DNA of 13,043 nucleotides, taken from positions 33,442 to 46,484 of the forward strand of contig NW_002060975.1 in NCBI RefSeq assembly GCF_000150275.1. Reading direction: 5' to 3'. Shown here piece after piece: positions 1 through 9,775 of the stretch. The position numbers were made by a program, and so were the translations under genes. The notes beneath the pieces were generated by a model. It was not told where the DNA came from. It did not search any database and saw only the letters and a list, made by a program, of their open reading frames with translations. The stretch's first letter is position 1. Each line of letters starts with the position of its first letter. Source of the DNA: Trichoplax adhaerens. Taxonomy: Eukaryota; Animalia; Placozoa.

Positions 1-1
1 G

Positions 2-415
2 AATTTCCGGTTTGTGAAGTGAAACGCTTTAGCCATATGTTTACTCACATTTAGTACGTATATTTAACTCGTACAATGTAATTAACCATAAGCAGATTTA
101 TTTCTTCATTTATCCCTATTTATTTCCTAAAGAGATGATGTAAGTCAACGAGAATATAGGTACCTATCCATGTGCTTACAACTTCACAAAATGATACTAA
201 TCCTATTCGCTGAAACTGATGGACTATACAGTATAAACTCCTAATGATTCTTTATAAACCGTTAAAAGTAAATTGTCTGTAAGCTATTTAAGACCAAAGA
301 AATAAAATATCAGCAAGAACAAGTAATTTTTATCTCTGTGTTTCAGATAGTGAGTTCGCAATCTAGTTTATTTACGCTAACTTATTAGCTCCATTTTTGG
401 ATGTCTTTACGCTTG
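2..415 (+). repeat. Direct repeat copy A (~415 bp, probably extends left of the window)
   Basis: Manual alignment to 10207-10621 gives about 15 substitutions and 1 indel (~96% identity). Confidence 0.97.
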
Positions 416-971
416 TTTTAAGTGCACTTTTGGCATGAAAATAAGTAGAGCGCTATTCTATCTAGGATAGATGATTTACGATGATTGTAGATACGTAGTG
501 AAGAAATAGTAGGCTTTAAAACAAAAATCTTGCGATACGTACGTTCAATTTTATAAATTTAATACTGTATCAAAATAAAATAAATCACAAGCTCAGGTTA
601 AAATCTGGAACAGGGATTATCGAGTAATATTAAGTTAAGAATGGAATTAAAGGCGTCAAGCTTATGATAAACACGTGGCATATAAAAATAAAATACATGG
701 GAGGAAATATAGAGAATTTGAGATGAACACTTTTTAAATTAGTTTTGAATGATAATGTCTATCCGTACCAGTTCACTCCTGCTTGATTTATTGGGATAGA
801 CTGGATACAACGTTTAATGAGTATTTCACAGTTCTTGAATCTTGATGCTCAAGCTGACAGTTTAATGGAGCTGATGAAGAAAAAGTAATTAACGAATTTG
901 TCTGTCAAAAAGGCGGAAAGAGTGAGATAGGAAGGGAAAGTAGAAAACGCATTTATTCGACTGTCATGCGA

Positions 972-1356
972 TCACATTATTGACTTTGAGTTCATTAATA
1001 AATGAATAATGTAACAGCACCGCTTGCAAAGAAAGAAATAACAATAAACTGTTCTTAACTTCTTAAACTTCTTAATTGGATGTTGAATTTGAGCTATTAT
1101 CATGCAAATGAAATTAGAATTCAGGAACGGTAGATTGACAATAGTTTTAGAGCTTACCAAAGTTTTAATAACATTAACACTTATTGATACTGCTAAAGTC
1201 AAAGAAGTGATGATATATGGTTTCCAATGTATCTTGGTCCCTTCAAAGGTTTCAATAGACGAACAGTATATAGTAGGTCATCATCATTAATTGTAATTCA
1301 GCTCGTTTAAGAACTTGTTATTCCAGTCAGTAAGCATATTTTATAGGTCAATTTGT
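972..1356 (-). pseudogene. Internally deleted paralogous fragment of the 3546-5029 pseudogene
   Basis: 1193-1356 aligns at DNA level with 3843-4038 (ctaaagtcaaa, gaacagtata, tagtaggtcatcatcat, aacttgttattccagtca). ORF 972-1202 has VNLPF...QIQH versus ITLPF...NLQH in ORF 3546-3842. Confidence 0.7.
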
Positions 1357-1357
1357 A

Positions 1358-2230
1358 TTATGACTTAGTTCGAACAGTGTACATAATAGTAATAATACGA
1401 GATTCAGTACTATCATTTAACTGATCGCAGGTAACATTTTGCAAGTCTAGATAAACTGCACTCGCCTACGACGGTAATAGAGCAGCTGTGTTGTCAATTC
1501 TGCCGAACCCTTCGTTGGCTATCTCATATTTCATAAGTCCATGGAGTACTTTCATATAGTTCCATTTTGATATAGGTATTTTTGCGACAGCATAGCTTGT
1601 ACCGCATGAGCAGTTGTATACATATTCTCGAATTGATAAGTTGTTTTGGATTGCTTTAAGAGTAAAGCTTGGAAGCCTTTAGATATAGCACTATTACTAC
1701 TGTTATCGGCACAATTTAGGGCTAAAATTGTCATCGCTGTTGTATCTAAATCAACCCAAGTTCCATCTGATGATTGCATTACTTGTAATTTATAGACTAG
1801 ATTCGATTTATATTTGCTGTTTGTCAATCAAATATGGAGTACATCACTTCTACCCATATAAAGTTATTTTCCTGGGTAATATTGTATAGGAGTACCTGTT
1901 GATTCTTAACAGGCCAATCGATCGACCTAACACAGCGATTTGCTTGAACTATTATAATTCTTGATGTTTAAACTAGCAAGAAAACTGTGAAATGGAATAC
2001 AAAAAATAATATTAAGGCGAGAATCTTTGTCTTAAAGGCAGATGAGTAGAAAAGAGTGAAAGGCGAAAAATAACTGTGTCTTCTCGTCTGTTATATCATC
2101 ATTAATATACGGTACCTATTGACCTGGTACTGTTTGAATAATTAATTTATAGTTACCACGCTCATATAAAAGTAAAGAATTTTAATTGGTTAATTGAATT
2201 TCCATCATTACTATGCAAACAAAATTCTAT
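1358..2230 (-). pseudogene. Cobalamin (vitamin B12)-binding protein pseudogene, intrinsic factor/transcobalamin/haptocorrin family: alpha domain plus start of beta domain
   Basis: DLDTTAMTILALNC resembles the family signature [SN]VDT[GA]AMAxLA[LF]TC. FENMYTTAHAVQAM resembles GNxYSTxLAxQAL. After a 1-nt frameshift at ~1565-1568 the frame reads WNYMKVLHGLMKYEIANEGFGRIDNTAALLPS*ASAVYLDLQNVTC...IITIMYTV, collinear with IF-type WNC...LPSLKGKTYLDVPQVTC...ITVIYTI. An upstream exon remnant PGQ*VPYIN (2130-2101) resembles GQLALY. Acceptor tttcacag at 1985. Multiple in-frame stops. Confidence 0.85.
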
Positions 2231-2449
2231 AGTATCAAATCAAACGGATAGACAATAATAGAGTGATTTGCTTGAACTTTTATATCATTATTAGTATCCC
2301 TAGTGACATAGTTCTGCTTATATAATTATAATTTACTCGTATAATTGCCACGCTAAGATATAAAAGTAAAGAATTTTCATTGGTTGATTGAGTTTTCGCC
2401 ATTATTAGGTAAATAAAATTCTATAGCATGAAATCAAACGGATAGACAA
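2148..2449. repeat. Diverged local tandem duplication (~110 bp; 2148-2255 vs 2340-2449)
   Basis: Shared ccacgct, atataaaagtaaagaatttt, aaaattctatag and aaatcaaacggatagacaa. In addition, gatttgcttgaact occurs at ~1937 and ~2265. Confidence 0.9.
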
Positions 2450-3545
2450 AACTGTACGCCAAGTATGGCAAATAATATTTTTGATAACTTCTATGATTAG
2501 TTTGATCGGTGTGGGTTCAATAAAATCCGTTAAGGTTCACATTCTATACTGTTTAAAATTTCAAGCTCTAACCTAATTATTGTTTGCATACATATTACAA
2601 TGAGGGGCGTAATATTGCATTCTTGACTAATCAAAGTTTGTATAAAGGTATTAATCCGACAACATAAGCAGGCAATCAGTACTGATTTAACGCAGTAACG
2701 ATTTACTCATTTTTAAATATGTGAAACACTTTCTAGTTATGGCTACAAAAGGGATAATTATTGTAGATGTTTTAGCCAACCTGACTTTGATCAATACACA
2801 TTTGCCATAAAGTTAATTTAGAATAAAAATATGGAAAAACTAATAACATGATACTTGAGATTACTTTCGCCTGTTTTCAAACCACACTCTCCAACCTAAT
2901 CACTAATGCCATATTATTATATTACCGAGAATCAACAAATAGGTTAGGAATTGGTGACAAATATTTTCATCTTCATTAACGGTGCACAATAATAATCGAT
3001 ACGACCGTTAGCTGTAATAGACTCGGTCACTGAAACGTTGATATCGATTGTATGTGATAGAGGTGATGTTAATTTAGTTTATTAATAGCTGAAGAGATCG
3101 CCATCTACAGTATTACAAGACTGTCATCAATATCTACTTTAGACTAGATGGGATGCTTAATGATAGATAGGCTGCAATTTTGCAATCCATTTTCTCCATC
3201 CCAATGTTGATCTTTATGTTCTCCTATTTTACCAATGTTTTGTTAGGGATGTTTTCCTTTTCTCTTTCAAGTCGCTCTTTGACTACGATTTGTAATAGAC
3301 ATTAAACTAACTCAGCAATAGCATTGACCATAGACTAGACATAGACTGCTTTTAATCATATTTTGGTTTATTTATTTTTGGGTATTGGTTTTACTGACAT
3401 TGGGGGTATACTTTATCCATCTGTACAGCATACACATCAATCATCTTCATTGATTATGGAAGCAATATTAACTTAGTTTATTGTCACTCTCGTTAAATTG
3501 CGCTGGGTACAAGATACAAGATTAGCTTTACATTTCACGCAAATA

Positions 3546-5029
3546 TTATTCCTTTTTCATTGGATTTGCTAAGCAGTAATCCTGATCACTCCTGATGATG
3601 AGTTGAGAGTGTTGAAGATTCCATTGCATGTCCCATATTTTGAAGTGACGGAATGGTAGAGTAATTTGTAGCTGTAGTGTTTGGGGGTTATAAATATTCA
3701 AACTAGATCCATTTTGATATAGGATTAACTGCTTGTCCGACCATAGATTTTCATGGTTGAAGAATTGTGTGAAAGGATGGAAGTATTTGATATTGTCTTT
3801 GTATCTTTTCATGCGTAAATATCCATCTTGGTAAATATCCATCTAAAGTCAAACAAGTGATGGTATACGGTTTACAAAGCATCTTGATCAGTTCAAGGCT
3901 TTCAATACAGGAACAGTATATATAGTAGGTCATCATCATGAATCATACGACTCGTAATAAATCGTTTGATTGCAATTCAGCTTGTTTAACAACTTGTTAT
4001 TCCAGTCACAGAGTATATTCTTATAGGCCAATCTTTGTCAGCAAGGCACTTAGTGTATCCAAGGCTGTTATCAAACTAAATATCTCACTCTTACTCCTGT
4101 ACCTTGTCTACTTACAAACTAGCGACCCGTATATTGTTTTAGACTTTTAGTCAGTTATAGTTTAGTAATTCCTTGTGTTTTTCACCGTCTTCTTGGAAAG
4201 TTGACCATCTGCAATTAGTTTAAATTGACATCATCAATTCTACTTTAATACCTTGAATAGTATCTATCAAAGTCATTGTAATTAAGGGTAAAGCCATCCA
4301 AAATATTATACAGGATGCACCTTGATCGATAATGGTGATGATAATCCTATTTCTGCAATGTAGATTACATCCAGTAACATATATTACCTGTCTGTTTACC
4401 TCTGTCATAATGATGCTGGTTGGCCTCTTCATCTTCCGTACCGACAGCGATGGCTGATTGCAAGTTACGATGCAAGAAACATCGAGGATAATTACACACG
4501 ATAGAGTGAAGTCGTTGTCAATGCCTCTTTTCCATAATCCTATATTTTCTCAATATAAGAAATTGAAAGAATTAAGTGCCACTAATGAGAGAATGAAATC
4601 AAATTGCGCAGGGTAGTGATATCAACACCTGCACTTGATCTATATCGATCTATATCGATCTATATCGTCTACATTCTGCATCAACAGAGCAATCACTGGG
4701 ATGCTATTAGTGTAAGCCAATCGACGTGTAGTTAACAGTGCTTAGCGATATTTTGGGGATGATTAGTGGATAAATTGCCAATCAATATTGCAGCCTTACT
4801 TCTTTTAGTTATAGCAATACTCAAAACAGATTGTGGTAATGTCTACGGTTCATCTTCCATTTGAATTATATTAGTACTGTCATAACTTACTTACCTTATC
4901 CATGATATTGTAACAGAAAATGTTTATCCCAATAATCTTCAAGCAGCTATCAATTCCTAACAGGAATCATGGATGATTGTCCTATTTCTGCCCCATCGAT
5001 AGACTCTAGTATAAGATTCAATTTGATCA
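3546..5029 (-). pseudogene. Decayed gene, possibly F-box plus beta-propeller/WD-like repeat
   Basis: ORFs 3751-3939 and 3546-3842 join into one ~125-aa frame when a 16-bp tandem duplication (3815-3844) is removed. The C-terminal part (SSLNIYNPQTLQLQITLPF..IWDMQWN..SQLII) looks like a propeller blade. Near the gap, fragments YTRVYRW, EDYWDKHF and CNIDWQFI resemble an F-box tail. The family assignment is by eye only. Confidence 0.45.
4637..4667. repeat. (gatctatatc)x3 tandem repeat
   Basis: Seen directly. Confidence 0.95.
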
Positions 5030-5079
5030 NNNNNNNNNNNNNNNNNNNNNNNNNNNNNNNNNNNNNNNNNNNNNNNNNN
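5030..5079. other. Assembly gap (50 N)
   Basis: Run of N. Confidence 1.
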
Positions 5080-5199
5080 GGATGATCATTAATTGGATAG
5101 TATTTTACGGCAGTTTTCCGTGATTAAACTACCACAGTAACAGATACAATTAATATTACTCATTTTCAGTAGGCATCATCGGTATACAATTAAAATGTC

Positions 5200-5219
5200 T
5201 TACGAAGACAACAGCATAT
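5200..5219 (-). CDS. Predicted terminal coding exon (DMLLSS*)
   Basis: Follows a 69-nt intron ending catttctaag; TAA at 5202-5200. It could instead be a 16-nt microexon using the gtaaga donor. Confidence 0.35.
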
Positions 5220-5288
5220 CTTAGAAATGTAAGACTAAGTAATTTATATACGTCCTACTCTTTCACTGAATATGTATATTTTGTATAC

Positions 5289-5381
5289 CTGTATTGACAG
5301 GCTCTATCTGCTTTGGTGTGATATCGTCAGGTAACGTCGATTTTACTTGTTTGTTAGAAGATGAAAATGATATCCGATTTT
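5289..5381 (-). CDS. Predicted exon 3 (93 nt, phase 1-1, Ser/Thr/Pro-rich linker)
   Basis: aaactag| ... ACAG|gtatac. Open in the phase left by exon 2: ENRISFSSSNKQVKSTLPDDITPKQIEPVNT. Confidence 0.6.
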
Positions 5382-5574
5382 CTAGTTTTAAAAGTAATCA
5401 AAAATTTAAAACATGTGATTATTATATGCGATACAATTAACGTCAAACTGTTTTAAATTCGAGCAACGGGACGCTAATATACAGTAGTTATAGCAAATTG
5501 CATAATAGATTGATAAATTAAGAATTGATATATACTTGATAACTGCAACAGTTACTATTAAGAAAAGAAATACA

Positions 5575-5593
5575 TACTGTACTGTACTGTACT
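5575..5593. repeat. (tactg)n microsatellite
   Basis: tactgtactgtactgtact seen directly. Confidence 0.9.
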
Positions 5594-6182
5594 AGAGTTG
5601 ACTGTAATCCGCAACAGCACAACCGGTATGAATGATCATCAGTACTGGAATGTATACTGGCTTCAATTAGCATGGACTCCCAGAAAAAACACCTTGGACT
5701 GCACCAGGGACTACTGCATGAAAAGGAAAGAAAGAGGGACGCAAAGCAGCCGTCAGTGCAAAATAATGTGCAGGCCTATCATTTTTCCCGTCATTCTACA
5801 GTACCGATGAAACCGTTGAATAACATTCATCATCTAAAGCAGAGCTTAGTGCTGTAACAGGCACAACTTAATTTCGAAAATATTAGTCAGTTCAGAATCG
5901 ACTGTCTGCATACTAAAGTATGACCAAAATAGGCCAAATGTCTGTCCGTCCAAAGGAGTGTCCAGTCCAGGTATTTTTTTCTAGCAGCCCATAACTAAGG
6001 GCAATTGGGCATTCGTAACATCCCTTACGATACTAATTGCAACAGACTAAAATCACAGATGGTAATTACTGAACAAAACTATCGCTGGCATTACTGAGAT
6101 CATGGTAGCATACCAGTAGAATCATTATTTTAATTCTGATTACATATAAAATTGAATGCATCAATTTTACCCTTCCTTTTAC

Positions 6183-7045
6183 CTTGAGAGGTCGCTTCAG
6201 CTATTGGCTTTGAGCTTTGCTTTTCATCAGATTCTTTGTTTTGATTTTTCAATTCGTCCAATTTCTGTTCTATCCTTTCAGTTGCACCTTCTATCCGTTC
6301 AGTTCGGTTATCTGTCCTTTCAGTTGTACCGTCGATTCTGTCAGTTCTGTCATCAATCCTTTCAGTTGTATCTTCTATCCGTTCAGTTCGGCCATCTATC
6401 CTTTCAGTTCTGTCGTCAATCCTTTCAGTTGTACCTTCTATCCGTTCAGTTCTGTTATCTATACTTTCTAAAAGACGTTTCACTTTGTCACATAGTTCAG
6501 CAAAACAATCCGATAGTGAATTATTTTTTTCCGCAATTTCTTTTATCAATTTCGTTAATGCCTTTATCTTGTCAATGCTGTTATTAAAATCGGAGGCACT
6601 ATTGAAAGTTTTTAAAATTTTTTCAATGTTAGCTTGGACTGGTTTCATAACATCGTCATTTAAATTTTGTACGTCTCTAATTATTTTATCAAACTTGGTT
6701 ACTATGAATGACTTTCCGTCTCCTGAGACCTACTTTAATATACTTTGAGCCTTGTGTTTAAGATCTTCAACCGTTTCAACTTTGCACAATTGGGTCTGAT
6801 ATTCGGAGTTTTTATCAATAGCAGATGACTTCAAAACCTCGTAAGAGTTTTCAATATCGCTTGAGTCCTCAAGCAATGGTCTTTGGCGGAAGCCATATTT
6901 ACAAATGTCACTTTTTCCCTGCAATTTGTAGTACTTTACTGTGTTTACCTCGACAATCCTAATGCCAATATTTTTAAATAACTTGGAGGCTCTGATCTTT
7001 TTCTTTCCCGGTAAAACTTTTAATTCACTTCCAGTACCTTTTGAC
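6183..7045 (-). CDS. Exon 2 of the same gene (KYGFR motif region, coiled coil, heptad repeats); contains one in-frame TAG at 6730-6732
   Basis: ORFs 6730-7125 and 6130-6648 share a frame and are separated only by one TAG plus 27 open codons. The exon ends at donor CAAG|gtaaaa (6182, phase 1). Confidence 0.78.
6274..6462 (-). repeat. Coding minisatellite: 9 x 21 bp encoding heptads of consensus I-[DE]-[DGN]-[RT]-T-E-R
   Basis: Units read IDNRTER IEGTTER IDDRTER IDGRTER IEDTTER IDDRTDR IDGTTER TDNRTER IEGATER. Confidence 0.97.
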
Positions 7046-8286
7046 CTACGATACGAATATTGCATATGTTCATTTTGTGTGCAGCAAATTCTTAATCCAT
7101 TATAGAAATGTGAAGAGAACGACATTCTAGACCACTAAGTCTATTTTTATAGCGAATGCTACCCAAAATGGCGCAAAGTACTCTACAAAACTACGTATAT
7201 TTATGCAAGATGTTATATTCACAAATGTACATTAAATTGCATAATCATAAGTTACAAGACAGCTGATAGCAGCTGATAGGTTATAAAAGCTTGCGCATAT
7301 TGATAATATAATATAATAAATTATCCATCACCATTAAAAGACCGTGGATGGAAAATGCTTTACTCATATTTGCATGTAAGTACACAAGGGACCTTGCAAA
7401 TATTCAATCAGCTATATTCAGGTTACATTTAGCGATTAATATATTTTAATTCTAAATAAAAAGTATTTCTAATTTTCATGAATTAGGTTACCAATCATTT
7501 CTTATAGGATTACCAATGCAATTCAACTAATAAAAACGTATCTTGCAGTATTAGGCCCAGCTAATTTTAAAACCAATAGTGCTGGAACTTAGGGTAAATG
7601 GTTTAATTAATGATGCACCACTGTACGAGTTTATATCCGAATTTTATACCACTTGAAAATTAAGATATTCCATCAAAGCAATACCGTAAGTAAACTGATA
7701 TATGCCCCTGAGTGATAGAAAAATTGTTATGTAAACCGGAAATTTGGACAAGAGGGTAAAAACAGATTATCCTTGCTATAGTGCAATGTCGTACACCTTT
7801 CAATTGGCATAAAGTTTGGGATATATGTAGACTCTAACAGATGTCCATCAGTGTTTAAGCTATTTTCAGTAAATATCAAAGTTGCCGGTAGTAATACTGG
7901 CTAAGTTTAATGATCCTTTACAATGCCATCATGGCAACTATGCTCTTGAACGATGTGTTAAGCGACGAGGGCTACAAAAGGGTTAAGCAAGCATTCACAG
8001 CGGGACTACAGTACGCTTGACATAGTGACGATAAGAATTCCATTGCATTTTTTTATAGTAGCTAATGTGAATCAAAAACATTCCCTTACTAGAATACTCA
8101 CTACTAAAATAATGTTAGAAAAGTTCATATTGAGAGTAATAAGCAAAGATAATCCAAGTCAAACATGTACGAAAATTTAAAATAGATATCGTGTAGAGTT
8201 TCTACGATATGAATTTAGAAATTCAAACCGCCTTGTTGCGTAAATAATTAGTGAAACACTTGGAAAGAAAATCTGTTCATACATAC

Positions 8287-8933
8287 AGGCAGGAATCTAT
8301 GTTTTTCTTGCTAAAAACAGGGCAGGCAATACTTTTGATAGCAAACTTAGCTAGATCAGCGGGCGCTAACTTGTCTGACGATTTATTTTCTTCCTTTTTC
8401 ACGAAGGCTTTAATAATAGCATCAGTCATGTCATCAGCCAATTTTTTAATATAATGATAATCGCTTTTATCAGAGATATAAGATATTTGTTGTTCAAACA
8501 TGAACAAGATTTCCAAAGCCATCATTGAGATTGCCAATGTGGTATTATCATTATTGGGCGCTATTTCGTCAATAAGTTTTTTCAATTTCTTCCTCTTGCA
8601 TTTTTGGAGCCACCATACAATACCATCGCCCAACAACTGCATTATGCTGTTTGCAGTAGCAGCACATCTAATAACGGTTGGTGTTGCATTTGTGGCTGCC
8701 GTTGCTACATCTGAAGCCGCGCTCCCCGCGATATCAGTAACAAATTTCACAACTTTTCCTGTTTTGCCTAGTGGTGCACTCTCTTCGTTTTCTACAACTT
8801 TGGAGGCAATTTCCAGTTTTGCAATGAATTTGAGTATAAAGTGCTTCAGAAATTGTTTGAATTTCAAACCATCGCTATTGTTAGGATCATCCAATTCTTT
8901 TGGCCAATTGCTTATAGTTTGTTGGCTTGCCAT
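8287..8933 (-). CDS. Exon 1 of an uncharacterised helical-domain/coiled-coil protein
   Basis: 218-codon ORF in AT-rich DNA. ATG context gaaATGG with an upstream in-frame TAA. Donor CT|gtatgt at 8286 (phase 2) matches acceptor tatcgtag|G at 7046, giving CTG (Leu) and the join ...IDSCL-SKGTG... Confidence 0.8.
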
Positions 8934-9299
8934 TTCTATTGAGCAGGAATTGACACGCAGGTTCTCTTATGCACCCACTTCTATAGAAAGTCAATAATAC
9001 GAATTTGAAGCAACATGCAAATGAAAGCTAGAAATGCAGTTAAACTGAAGATAATTAATTTGTTGAGTAAAACACTTATAAATGTAATAGTAACTTTTAA
9101 CTAGATAGTTTGATATTAATAAGTCGATGAATTTTCGCTAGCTTGATAATTATATTGTTACATAGTACTTTGAAATGCAAGCCAAAAGAGTTAATGTCAA
9201 TAGATCATAACATTAAGCGTCCAAGCATAATCTAACAAGTATAATTTCATAACGAATCATATGGGATATTTCTCTACTGCTTATTATCGATAAAACAAT

Positions 9300-9341
9300 T
9301 TGAAAATCTTAGACTGCACACTTTCTTGAAAATCTTAGACT
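9300..9341. repeat. Short direct repeat ttgaaaatcttagact x2 (26-bp period)
   Basis: Copies at 9300-9315 and 9326-9341. Confidence 0.9.
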
Positions 9342-9606
9342 ATTGACACTAATCCGCTTCATATTTTAGTTGTGGACTACACCCTGAACTCACGACTCGC
9401 TCGCTATTCTACTCAAATCAGCTGATTGAATTTATACAGCTAAATATCCAGTGTAACACACCATCACCGTAAGCATCAATATTTCCATAAACATGTATCA
9501 TCAGGGACTACTGGAAAACTTTTCAGTTATTCCTGTTAATTAATACTGTACTCAAAATGGATACAGAACAACCTATCATAGCGTAGAACTAGCTATATAT
9601 ATGTTA

Positions 9607-9775
9607 TGTTTAAGACGATGAATTTGCAATCTAATTTATTACGCTAACACATTAGCTCCAATTTTTGATGTCATCACGCTTCCTTCAAGCAAATTTTTGG
9701 CATAAAAAATAAGTAGAACACTGTTCCGTCTAGGATAAATAATTTGCGACGATTTTAGATACGTATACAAGAAAT
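9607..9775 (+). repeat. Older, diverged partial copy C of the same repeat family
   Basis: Aligns to ~339-507 and to 10545-10621. Shared blocks include ttacgctaac, attagctcca, ttttggcat, aaaataagtaga, tctaggata and tagatacgta. Confidence 0.9.

Noticed and set aside
1102-4432. ORFs 1102-1290 (+), 3938-4150 (+) and 4220-4432 (-) as standalone genes
   Set aside because: They are antisense or partial frames within decayed minus-strand pseudogene sequence.
5479-5593. Tc1/mariner-type MITE (TA-cagta ... tactg-TA)
   Set aside because: The inverted match is only ~5 bp and is explained by the tactg microsatellite.
5598-5857. Plus-strand ORFs 5598-5810 and 5672-5857
   Set aside because: Short, overlapping, no recognisable motif, and inside a predicted intron of the opposite strand.
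6274-6462. CRISPR array
   Set aside because: Head-to-tail 21-bp units with no unique spacers, in frame within a eukaryotic exon.
6156-6748. Plus-strand ORFs 6156-6587, 6217-6471 and 6485-6748
   Set aside because: Antisense shadows of the repetitive minus-strand exon.
7046-7125. ATG at 7125 as an independent gene start
   Set aside because: Better explained as intron sequence ahead of the phase-matched acceptor at 7046.
7733-7744. aaaccggaaatt (ETS-like) also present inverted at 2-13 and 10207-10218; octamer atgcaaat near 9015; TATA-like near 9076
   Set aside because: Short motifs expected by chance in AT-rich DNA, with no positional evidence.
7728-8020. Short open frames in intron 1 on both strands
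   Set aside because: Under 60 codons, no recognisable motif and no convincing splice-site pair.
8251-8997. Plus-strand ORFs 8251-8454 and 8500-8997
   Set aside because: Antisense shadows of exon 1.
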